A stretch of DNA of 56,468 nucleotides from Catajapyx aquilonaris. Taxonomy: Eukaryota. Shown here piece after piece: positions 25,900 to 37,800 of this stretch. Both the position numbers and the translations under genes were made by a program. The notes below the pieces were generated by a model. That model did no database searches and had not been told where the DNA came from. It worked only from the letters and a program-made list of their open reading frames with translations. The number at the start of each line of letters is the position of its first letter. Position 1 is the stretch's first letter. The stretch lies in assembly GCA_000934665.2 (NCBI GenBank), contig KZ538654.1:1-56468 (forward strand), read 5' to 3'.

Positions 25900-28800
25900 G
25901 CCTCAGATGCCGGATCGGGTCTCTTCACTGCCGCCCGGAAACGTAAGTACTCCATTTTGTTTAATGGGGGAGCAATCCTTTTTTTCTTCTTTTTTCAAAA
26001 GAGGATGACTGTATTGATCGGAACGCAACTTTCCGACTGAACTCGGAAGGCGGCCTGAGTGCCTTTCTGCTCGGATTCCAGCTTTATTTTCCCCCCCTTC
26101 TTCTTCTTCTTCTTCTTCTTCTTCTTCTTCCCCTTCTTTTCTTCCTCTTTTTTTCCTGAGGGAGGAATACAGTCTTCTGAACGTCGGGAGGGATGAGTGT
26201 ACATAATGAGGAAGAAATGAGGGGAGATTTTCCTGCTGGTTCGAAATTTTTTCGGGAGAGAGAAGTGGATGGATATTTGCTTTTTTTTGTGTGGGTAAAA
26301 AGTACCTTGTACTGAGAGAGTAAAAAATCGGACCACCCAATTTTACAAAAATCTAATAAGCATTGGCTACTTGAACGTGAAATTATTACTAGCTGTATGA
26401 CTTTTATCCGGCCCTTTATTGCCTATAAATTCGGAATTCCCGGCGTTCTCGACACGGTTAATGAAGAGACTTGTATGGTGGTTAGGGATAGCCGATGGAA
26501 TACTATCCGGTAGGAATCCGGGAAGAGAGGGGAAAAATCCTCCTCTCCGGAGAGAGATTAAGCTACATCCCTCCAATTGGATTCTTGTAATCCGCATAAA
26601 AAAACTACTTGTACTAATTTTTTGTGCTCTGAAAGTTCCATCTGTTGAGATGAATCTTGCTGTTTGACAAGAGATTTTCATTTTGATTCGTATAGGGGGG
26701 GGNGGGGCTCCTCCTTACCGGGAGGGAAATATTGCCGGAAATCTGCCTGTGACATTTAATTTGGGTTGAGAAGAACCCCTAGATTTCCCTTTGGAATTCG
26801 AATATGGTGAACTGCTGTAATGCGATCGAGGGAGGGATCGGATTATCATAAAAATTTTCTGTCGGTATTTTGGGGGCAATGATGTTTTTGTTCCGGCGTC
26901 GTTCACACGCTTTGGGGGAGCGAGGGGACTCATCCATCAGCGAGGGCGGCTTGAAGCCATCTTTGAGAGTGATGGATGGTCCTCTCTCTGACCGGGCCCG
27001 TCCTGATTAAGACCAGCTGCAAGGGTCCAGGAAACATGGAGAACCGTCTCTTTTTCCAGGCGAGTCGCCGGCCTTTCCAAACAAAGTGGTCAGCAACGGC
27101 CCGGCCTGCCCGCCCGAGATTAACCGCGGGTGCAGCGGCCCGAGTTCGAGTCCCGTGCAGAACGGCAGCAGCGGGTTCCTGCCACCGATCATCAGCACGA
27201 GCACCACCACCACCACAGCCGTTGCGACCACCACAGCGGCTACCACCACCGCGGCCGGCAGCACCCACACCGTCACCAGCGGCAGCAACACCATCAGCAA
27301 CACCGGAGGACTTCACCCGCCCCATCACTCCCAGCACCATCCCCATCTGGTCCACTCCTTGCACAACACCCACCCGCATCCTTACCAACCACACCACAAC
27401 CCCAGGCACCCTATCCACGGACACCCACACGCCATCCCGCATCACCATCCGCCTCACCCTGTGTCGGTCTCGGCCTCGCCTTGCAACCCGCCTCACCCAC
27501 ACGCACATCACCAGCACTACCCACACAGCCCAGGACGTCCTCCGGCTGCTGCCACGCAGGTACGCATCTCCATGTACTACTTGTATAAAACGAAAATTCC
27601 GTTCCATTGTCGATCCGGAGAAGCCACCCATGAATATCGATACATCGGGAGGGAATATCATCGCGACATGGATATATCGTGGTAGGGAATGTCGATACAT
27701 CGTTGCAAGCGATTCGTATCGCTGAGCGAATCGCTCGCAGGTAAACGCGGCCTGAAGATTATCCTGTCAGCTGGGCCGTCCCGCAATGCAAGGAAGCCTG
27801 ATGGGTTGCATACACGGCAGGATAATATTTTCCCCGTTCCTTTCGTGCATTTGTGCCTTCGATATTTTTGAAATTTGGTTACATTTTAATATTGGGGGGG
27901 CTCCTAGTTTCGATTGGAAATTGTTTGTGACGTCACAAGCAGTGGAAGCTGGAATATACCAGGGAAGAGGGAAAAGGGGGCTTTGGTGAAGTCGATCGTG
28001 CCAAGTCGTTGCCCCTATCCTCGTTACTCTTCCACCCGCCCAGGAAAAGCAAGGATATTGCGACCCGGCTCTGTGAAGCGGGAGAGAAATATTCCGCCTC
28101 TTTTTTTGGGTACTCGCTCGCGTTTTTTTGCTTCCTCTTTTTTTCTTCTCTTTTTTCAAATGAGCGTTTCCTTTGATGGCGGAGGATGGAAGGGGGGGGG
28201 GGNAAATCGCGGATCCTGCCACCCCAGCCCGGGCGCTTGGAATTACCCCTCTCGCTGTCAATTTATTGGCTTTAGATTGGGCAGCGATAATCATGCCGAC
28301 AGGGATAATCCGGCCAATGGGGGCCGTGACGTGGAAGTCGATAAACACCGGCCAAGTCTCCCTCAATAATTGACGCAATTGATTGTTAAGCGTAGTGCAG
28401 GGAGGCCCTATCTTGGGGAGGCGTAATTTGGGCGGGTTACCTACCATGTTTGCTGTGGTTGAAAAATAGTGCGGGCTAGACACGCGAGTATTGATTCCGG
28501 TGTGCGACGTGTTTACCGCCCGTGTCTGCCACGTACGACACCTGACCCCGGCCCCGTTTCTGGAAGAGGGGACCGATGACGTGCCTCAAGTGGGGCCCCA
28601 TTCACATGCCAGCGATTTGGCACCAAACAACGAGCGATTTCCAGGTTGTGATATGAAGAGAGAGAAAAATACTAATAATAAAAATCGTAACCTGCAAAAT
28701 GCTATAGGGATTGAAGGTGCGAGCGATATTTCAATTAGCATTGGCAATAAAGAATAAACATTCCATTGAAATTAAATGTATAAAAATGGTCTCAGTAAAT

Positions 28801-31800
28801 ATAAAATATTGATTAATTTAAATATGAAATATTGCGTCAAGTAAATATAAAATGTCCCTTAAAATAAAATAAATATTGCTTCAAATAAATGTAAAGTTTT
28901 GCTTAAATATTCAATATTCAATTGAAATTAAATATATATAAGATTTATTACAGTAAATACAAAATTTTTCCTTAAACTAAATTTGAAATTCTGCGTAAAA
29001 TAAATATAATTTTTCCTAAATATAAAATGTTGCTTGAAATGAAATAATATTAAAATAAATAAAAATAGTTCTTAAGTACAGTGTATGCCAAAATATCACT
29101 TATAAATGTAGACAAATGCTACTTAAAATAAATATTAAATATTAATTAAAATAAAATAAATTTAACACTGAACTTTAAATCATTGCTAATGCTTAAATTG
29201 AATTTAACTGCGCATATTAAATTTAAGTTCGTGATTAAAATAAATATTAAAAGTAGGCTATTTAAAATGCACACGCCTGCATGTCCAATAAGTGGTTTGC
29301 GATATTCGGTTGCGATTTCGCAATGTCTGCTGATTTTGCAATTAATTGTCGATATATCGTAAGCTATTGGATCGATTTTTGGATGTTGAAATCCTGCTGG
29401 GGCGAGTCAGGTGTCCGGCGATGAATGGAGTGAAAACAGGCATTGGGCCGATTTGCAAACAGCGTGCACGCTGCCTGGTAGCCGCGAGTGAGAACAGTAG
29501 CCCCTAGGAGAGGAGGGGGGTACAGTGTATCGAGCGCCACTTGGCCCAGGTATTCATTTTGCTGGATGGCCCTTGTGGGCGAGCCGCAATCCTGCCCCGG
29601 GATCTCTGGAGTGCCTGTTGTCACGGCACTTGGCCCAAGGAGAAAGCGCAAAACCGCGCACGCTCCCGCACCAAAAAAAAATCCTCCCAGACGAAATAAC
29701 TGTTTTTTGAGCGGCATAAATTCAGGGTGTGTCAGTGGCGTCGACTCTATTTTTTTATATTTTTTTCGCAGAGCCGCCAACCCCCATTGGCACAGGGTGA
29801 TAGAGCCCCGGCTGGTTAATTTCCTGTTACTTATCAGGGACGTCAGTGGAGCTACAGTTTCGCTTTCCGCTCACGTGTGAAATATGGAGCCATTGATAGC
29901 GGAGCGTGTAAAAAAAAAAATATGCGAGCGAGAGAGGGCCGGGTTATCAGGCGGCCACAAATTAGGTGATGATTTTCTGGAAGCTGCGCCATCTTTGCAA
30001 GGGGGATTCATTAAGGTGGTAGTTCGCGTACTGGCCCCTCGGGTCGCTCAACACTGGACGTAGTGCCAAGTCTTACATGGTTGGCGCTCTCCGTTAGTGA
30101 TGACTCACCGCGGACCTTGTGCAATAGAGTGAATGTATATGTGGTTTTTCAGCTTCACAACGGTCCGGTGGGCGGGGAGTGTTCTCCAGTGAACTACGCC
30201 TCCCACGTGACCTCGCCGTTCGCGGCGTCGAGAGCGTCGCCTTCGCCCCGGACCTCCACCCCGTCGTCAGGGGCGCCAGCACCGGCGGCGGCGGCCAACG
30301 CGTCCCCGTACAACCCCGGGGGCCGGACCAACCTCTTCGCCCCGTACGCCCACACGGGGCACAGCATCTACGGGGCCTCCACCCCGGCGGCCCGCACCCC
30401 GACGCCCACCTCCGCCCCGACGCCCCCGACCGCCACCCCGCCGGCCGCCGCCTCCTACCCGCCATCCTTACATTCCTCCACCCCAAACTCCATCCACCCA
30501 GGGCTGGCCTACCCGCCCGCAGTCAGCCTCGGGGCCAACGCCCACCAGGGCAAGCTTGAGACGGGGCCCAGCGACAAGCCCGCCGCCCCTGGCCCTGTCC
30601 CTGTCACAGCCCCAGGGCAGCAGCCCAGGTACTCCGCCTCGCAGACCGCGGCATCGTCGCCTCTCAGGTCTAGGAGTCCATGCAGGAGCAATGAGGTGAG
30701 TCATAGGGGTTATCCTGCACGCTATGCGACCTGTGTAGCAAGAGAGACCACACTGTACCGATTCCGGAGGTGGTACTTTGAGATCAACAAATACCGTTTA
30801 CTGTACTGATTATTTTGTAGACCGTATACATCGTTCAGATGTACTGACTTGAAAATTGTACCGATTCATGCAACGACTTGGACGCCAAGTACCGTCCACA
30901 GTACTGACTTGTAGGCGGTGTATGTTGATCACAAAATAACAACTCCAAGTCAGTACATGAATTCCAGTGTAGTAAGTACATGGATAAAATTAATTGCTGT
31001 CGAAAATCCAATCCCTTTTTAATTCACATTTAGCCGGATACTGTGACATGTGACCTCGAAGGTCACGGGCATTGGATGAGATGTTTTGAAGTGTCATGTT
31101 ACATCACAATTGATGCAATATTTACTTGGGGCGTCAGCCTTTTCACTGTTGGAGTCCTTTGTATAGCTATGTCTGCCACTAGTACTAAGTGATTCATAGC
31201 TCACATGTGATATGCACGGCCCCTTGCCAAACAGTTACAATAAAAACGCACGCGATGTGCAGGCGGTGAATTGCCAGGAAGAGGGGAGGGGAGGGGGGGG
31301 GGCATGTTATGAATTGTTTACCCAGCAACCAGTTTGTCCTTTGGCAGAAATTGTGTGTCGTAATTGTTGCTTCATTTTTATGAAGCCTACCGATTGCTGA
31401 AGTGAACAATCCATAACTGGTCCCGCAGTTGTAAAACCTTCTGGGTAGTAGTAAAACAATTTTCTCGTTATTAATTGCTGGTTGGTTTTTCCCCCCAACA
31501 ATTAATAAAATCTGGCCACATGTTGCTGCACTTTGCCGAACTTAAATTAATGGCTAAATCAACAGCTTTTAAACAGGGCTCACCGTGTTCAAACAACCAG
31601 AACGCAATACCAGGGGTCGTTACAGTGCACAAGGCATGAAAAGCCCTCCCGTCATCTCCTAAGAAACTTTATGAAGCAAAAGAGATTCTCTTTTTTTTTC
31701 TTTCTTTCTTTCCTGGAGGACACGGCTGAAGAGCCGCGCTAATTGGTGGTGCCGATGCCTCCTTAGACTCCTTTCGGAAAATGAAGACACTGAGAAGGCT

Positions 31801-34800
31801 CTTGAGCTCTCCATTACACCCGGGGAGGGCTTGCACGTTATTTTATTGCCCAAATCATCCCGGGGTCATTCATCATGGGGAGGGCGTAAAACCAGTGCAC
31901 CGACACAGCGATGCACGTTATTCCTGGTGGCTATAATTATCCGCATCGTACACCGTACCCCCAAAACCAATTCAACCCCCATAATTCCAGCACCCGCCCT
32001 CTCTCTTGCTCATTAGGCCACCGACGTTGCCTGCTCAAACTTTTTTTTCTTTTTTTTTTTTGTACGGGGTATGAGGGAGGGAGGGAGTACCGGGCGCTCT
32101 AATGACCGTAATGGCTAAAGAAGATGGATGGGGCTTCATAAAAGATCTTTGATGCCATGTAATTCTTGCTTAATTGGTATTGGATGAGGTACAGGGATTG
32201 TCAGCCTGGGTTTTGGGAAGTTTAATGGCGTCCCCGTGTGTTTTCAGAGGGTGCTGAAGTCGCCTTCCGGCTGCGGGAAACCGGTGGGGCCATCGGTTGG
32301 CAGCACCGCCGCCGTCACTGCAGGTGGGACACCTTTGCCATTAGAGCTCATTCTTGCCGACAATAGCAGCAAAAGGGACTTAGTGTGTGTTGGTGCAGGC
32401 GCGGCACCGTTGCAGCCGACGCCGACGGCGCCAGCGGTGACCGTTGCCCCCTGTCCGGTCACCACCAGCACCACCTCCAGCCACAGGGACACCGTGTCCA
32501 CCCCCTTGACTGGACGAAGCCACTCGCCCAGGGGACACAGCCCAGGCAGAGAGCGGGACAGCTACAGGTGAGTCACTGTTCAAAATCGCTGGCCCAATGG
32601 CCATTCAGATTTTTGCCACTAATCTCTCTCAAATATGAGCAGATCACTGCCTCAAAAATCATTCAGCCAATAATAGCAACACTGGCCCAAAAGTCACTGC
32701 CTCAAATAATGTCGCTGGCTCAATTATAACTGAATCAAAAACAACTGGCTCAAAAATCACTCCCCAATAAATGTCACTGGCTCAATTGTCACTGACTCAA
32801 AAACAGCTGGCTCAAAATAGCTGGCTCAAAAATCACTCCCCAATAAATGTCGCTGGCGGAATTGTCGCTGACTCAACAACAGCTGGCTCTTACTTCATTG
32901 GATCAAATGGCTGGCTCACACTTTACTGGCTCAAAAGTAGCTGACTCAAAAATCGCTAAGCACTTCAATCGATTCCTGCTAAACAGCTATACCCAGCCGA
33001 GTAGTGTCCTAGATAAAAGTAACGACAGATTCACTCCCTCGGAGCTATCTCAACTGAAATTGCTGGGTCTCCCCAAAGAAAGAATAAAAGACCCTACTCT
33101 CTGGGAGTCTGCGGCTGTATCTCGTGTAAGATGTGCGGACGTTTTGGAAGGCTTCCCCAGTATTCATTGCATGTGGATCCAGCATTAGAGGCGGCCATGT
33201 ACGCCCGTGAAATGTGGGCAATTTCTGTTCCGAATGGTTTGGAGGGGCCTTCCAACAAAGGAAGGTGCATTCGAAGAGGGGGGGGGGGACTAGAGGAACT
33301 GAATTTCCCAAGGCTTACGATCCACCACAGGGAGAGAGAGAGTGTTCCATAACAGTAAAGTTAGCAGAAAACTTTGCCAACCGTAAAAGTGTCGTTGGCA
33401 AAAACTGCGTCACATACATAAATCCGGGTTGGGAAGGTAAGAACCCAGTTTTTGTGTGCAGGGAGTGAGTTGTTGTTTCAGGGGCGGTTTTCTGGGAGAC
33501 TGGGTGATAAACCTGTCGTAGAGTAAGCCGCACAGATGAAGCCGTGGGTTTGGACCTCTTGTTTATAGCTCTTTTTCGTTGGGGGAGAGGAAAAAAAAAG
33601 AAAAAAAAGAGATGAAGTGATCCACTTGGAATTTGGCAGCGCAGTTTTTGCAACGGGGCCTTCTGCTGCTTTGCAAATTATGGCCGATGACGCCGAGGGT
33701 GGCGTTTATATGGGTCGTTATGAATGGGCGTCGCAGGGCTGGCTGGCTTGGCTTCAGGGATGGGGGGAGAGTGAAGTAATTGCAGCCAAGTGCACTCCCG
33801 GAGGGTCGATAAAAAACGGGGAGAGTCAGACACACGCGCCGAAAAAAAAAAAATCGGTTTTAGATGGGGAGTGATATTGCGTGGATAACCTCCAAAGTTT
33901 TTGAGGCAGGTTTGTATTGATTTCCTCCACTTTTTTTGTGTGTGTGGGGAAGACTTTTAGCGGAGTCTCAGATGCATTGGAAGAAGTAGGCTGGTTGGCT
34001 GCATATGTTTCAGCGGATTGTTTCAGCGTTAAAATGCCAAGCGTCGTGTGTCTAAAATTAATAAAACTTGTTCCAAAACTGAAGCTTCTTGAAGTGTAAG
34101 ATGTACAGACAAATTATTTTTACGTATTTTCTTCGACAACATTGTGTATGAGAGTCACAAAAATGTTTATAGTAAACTTTGCAATAATCTTTGTTCATCA
34201 GACAATCACTTTCAATTCTTGTAAGCAAAGTGTTTGACTCATCCTTGTCACTTTAAACAATAAGCCTTACTTCAGTTCTTTTACGCCTAACTGGTATGAT
34301 TATCGTGCCATAGAGTCACATAATTTGAGCCAGAATGTAGGATGCCACAATAGACACATGTGAATTACAGAGTCTCACGTTTAGTCAAAAAGTTGCACAT
34401 GCATTGGAGAATTTCAGACTTGCAAGGTTGACTTTTCCTGGGGCAACTTGCCCTGTAATACCATTATTACCCAAACCTGGAGATGTAATGTTTTGCATTG
34501 TGCATGAATTTGCAGTGTAATACTGCAGTTGGCTTGTGTGTTGCGGGAGGTCTGACAAGTGTGGAAAGGAACCAGTGGTAATATTTTACGAGATGCAGCA
34601 GAGTAGTGAAAATAAAATAATTCTAGCGATAACCTTTCTTGGTAACGCAGTGTTTGAAAGTTCCAAGTGACACTGTTCTCATTACTAAGCATAATGCAAT
34701 AAGAAGTCATTTGGAACTTTCAAGCCACAGTTTCGTGTATTTTCTACGTATAAATTTTTCTTCTAAAAGAGTGCTAATTTGACCCCCTTGCAGCAGCAAC

Positions 34801-37800
34801 GTGAGCAGCTTGAGCAGGGGGAGCATCACCCCTCTGAGCAGCGCCTCGGTTCCCAGTGTAGTCCCAGTGACTTTGTCTCCACTCAGCTCGGGCATACCTG
34901 TGAGCAGCCTCTCCAGCAGTTCAAGCCTCGGGGTGCCCTCCCTGGTTGGGACCAACCCTTCCCTGGGACCCCCAAGCTTAGGAGCGGCTGGAGGTCCAAC
35001 CGTGGGCCTTCCGCCTCACTCGTTGGGGCCCCCACCACCAAACTCCTTGTCAGTGGGGCCCAGCCTCGCCTTCTCAAAGGCTGCCAGTTGGGTCAGCGCA
35101 AGCAGCTTGTTGAGCAACACCGCACCTCCCCCGCGCCTTTCTCCTCTGCCCTCCATCCGCCCCACTCCCCCGCCACCTCCGCCCCCGCCCCACCAAGGCC
35201 CGTCACCCCATCATCCTCTACATCACCATCACCACCACCACCACCATCACCACTCGTCATCGTCATCGTCACCAGCGTCTCTAGTCCCGTCATCGTCCGC
35301 TCCTCCCTCATCTGTCACCAGCGTGGTGGTGCCCCCTCCACCTTCATCGGCCCCCCTCACGTCAGGGGCGTCCCCTCGAGGACTGACCCCAGGGCCAGCT
35401 CCTTCTGTTGGTGGCCACCACGGCATGTTTGCACCCCCCCTGCCACCCACATCGACCAACCCATTGGCCAACTCGGCTGCCTCACTGCCTTTGGCCCCAG
35501 GGGCCGCGCCTAACCCCTTCGCCGCAGAGTCACTCTTTCAGACGAGTAAGTTTGACTGTAAGTTTAAAACGCCTTTCAATTAACTCTTGATTTGTCCTCT
35601 GCCCCTTGTTTCAAAGTGTCCCAATCAGGCTGAAAGTTTCACCGAGTTCAGTGACTGAAAATTACCATTTTTCATTCACTTTCAAATTGCGGGGGGGATT
35701 AATATTCAATGCTTTCACTCTGAAAAAGGTGGCAGTTTACTTTTCATCAGAAAACTTTTCAAACTCTTTCTAATCGCTGTGACAGTAACTAATCCCCTTT
35801 CCATCCACCTCCCTCTCTTTTTTTTTTTAAAAAAAAAAACTAGATCAAGCAGACCTCCTGCGTCGAGAACTGGACAGTCGATTCCTGGCATCTCAGGAGC
35901 GTTCCCTAGGAGTCGCTCCTCCTCCTCCTCCCTACCTGCGCACAGAGATGCATCACCATCAACATCAGCACACCCACGTGCATCAACACACGCCTTTGCT
36001 GCCCCCTCCCATCGGAGGGGTCGGAACTCCTTCCAGTTCACTATTTCCCCCTCCTCTGGTGAGTTCACGTGTAAGTGAAGCCTGCAATGTAACAGCAGGT
36101 GTTATACTACTCACATACAAGTAATCTCAAGCTGCATCTCAAGTTTTTGTCAAGTATATCTGAAATGTGCAGAACATTCAGAGTAAGAAATATGACGCTA
36201 ATGAGATTGCATAATTATTGAAGCATGTCGCCACTTGTGCATTCTCAATACTTGTGACTAATGATGGCTCAATTGTTTAGTTCAAGGAGGTGCCTAAACT
36301 GGGCGGGGTGGACTCCCCGTTCTACCGACAAAACTTGGGTCTGACTGGATACCCAGGGTTCTCCCCACTTCTACCTCCACCGGGGCTGAGTAGCTCCACG
36401 CCATTTGCCCCACCAAGCCAACTGGCTGCCTTCACACCAAAGGTGAGGCTTTCCTTCTGCGGAAGAGGACCCGTACTCGTTTACTGACACCTGCGTGCAC
36501 GCCTGGATATGTGCTCGTAGATGATGGCTGTTGTCAGTTAATGCCCTGTGTATTTTTGGCCCCACCTTTTACGCTGCACCTGCTTTTGGGGATGGAAATA
36601 AGTTTCCAAAGGGCAGTGATTGGATTATGGTGTAATTGGCTATAATGAAAGATTGATAGCGAAGGAGTCACTGCAACATTGTGCCTTATTTTAAAATGGG
36701 ATTGTCATGTGTGCAAAAATTACTTGCCAATCCTTTTGATTTCTTGCCCAGTAATTTAAGTGCTAGACAAAGATTTATTAATATGATCAAGTTTCACTGA
36801 GAAAAAATATTACTGCTTACGCTGCAAAAGTTCTGTCGCAACTTGTATAATATTATTTCAACTTTTTTTAAATGCCAAAATATTGGATTTTTAAATTGGG
36901 ATAAAAATGCAATGTTTTGTTTCTTATGTTAATAACTTCTGTTGTTTTGAAAATCCCGCTACATTTGATATGAAAAGTTGCAGTGAACCTTTCATTGTTT
37001 TTATGACTTGTTTGGCTAAAATGAACAAGACCAAAAAATTGGGGACGTTTTTTCAAATCTTACTCTGGGTACAGTTTTCGCTTGGAAGGAAACGGGAGGG
37101 TTTCCACCCCTAACCTTCTGTGTATAGCTTTGTTGGCTGCCAGAGTTTGGTTTGTTGTTTGCTTCAGTGTTGTAACTAACAGACGGCCTAAATGTCCTGA
37201 ATGGCGTTGAGCCCCGGAGAAGCCAGATTGCAAGTCCCCCCCCTTCGTGTAGTAGTGACTTCTTACAATGTGTTAATGAATGAGAGCGTGGCACACCCGA
37301 TCCTTTTTGGTAATGGCTTCTCTTCTCCCTTCTGTTTACAGATGAACGACCCCTCCAAACCCAAACCAGTGGTAGGTGTCACACCATGTTTTAGTCTCCC
37401 ATTTTGATGCTTGTTTTCCTGTCTGCTTTTAAGTCTTTGGCTGTATCGACTAACTTGCCTTGTGACCTTAACTGTAATGTGCAATATTTGCTTGCCTTTA
37501 CATTACCGAGAGCTTTTAAGGCTGGAGAGGTACTAACCAGTGAAGGGCACTGTACAGTGTGCTTGTTAATTGGAAGTTGAAACTAATCTAGTAAGAAGTG
37601 CTTCATGTTTACCAAGTTACACAGGTATTGCGTACGCTTTCATTACCCTTTTGAAATTACTTGCCAAGTTAAGGATGCCTTTCTGTAAGAGACCTGCAAT
37701 TTGCTGCTATGCAGACCGAATCTTGACTCATTTTGTAACTTGATTGAAGCCAAGTACATTACCGATACGTTGCAAGAGGTAAAGGTAACGTGTAGAGGAG

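Noticed and set aside
26930..27700. 256-aa antisense ORF and alternative-frame ORFs over AUTS2-like exon 2 (similar cases at 30094-30704, 34779-35513 and 39589-40517)
   Set aside because: These are shadow ORFs of GC-rich, low-complexity coding exons.
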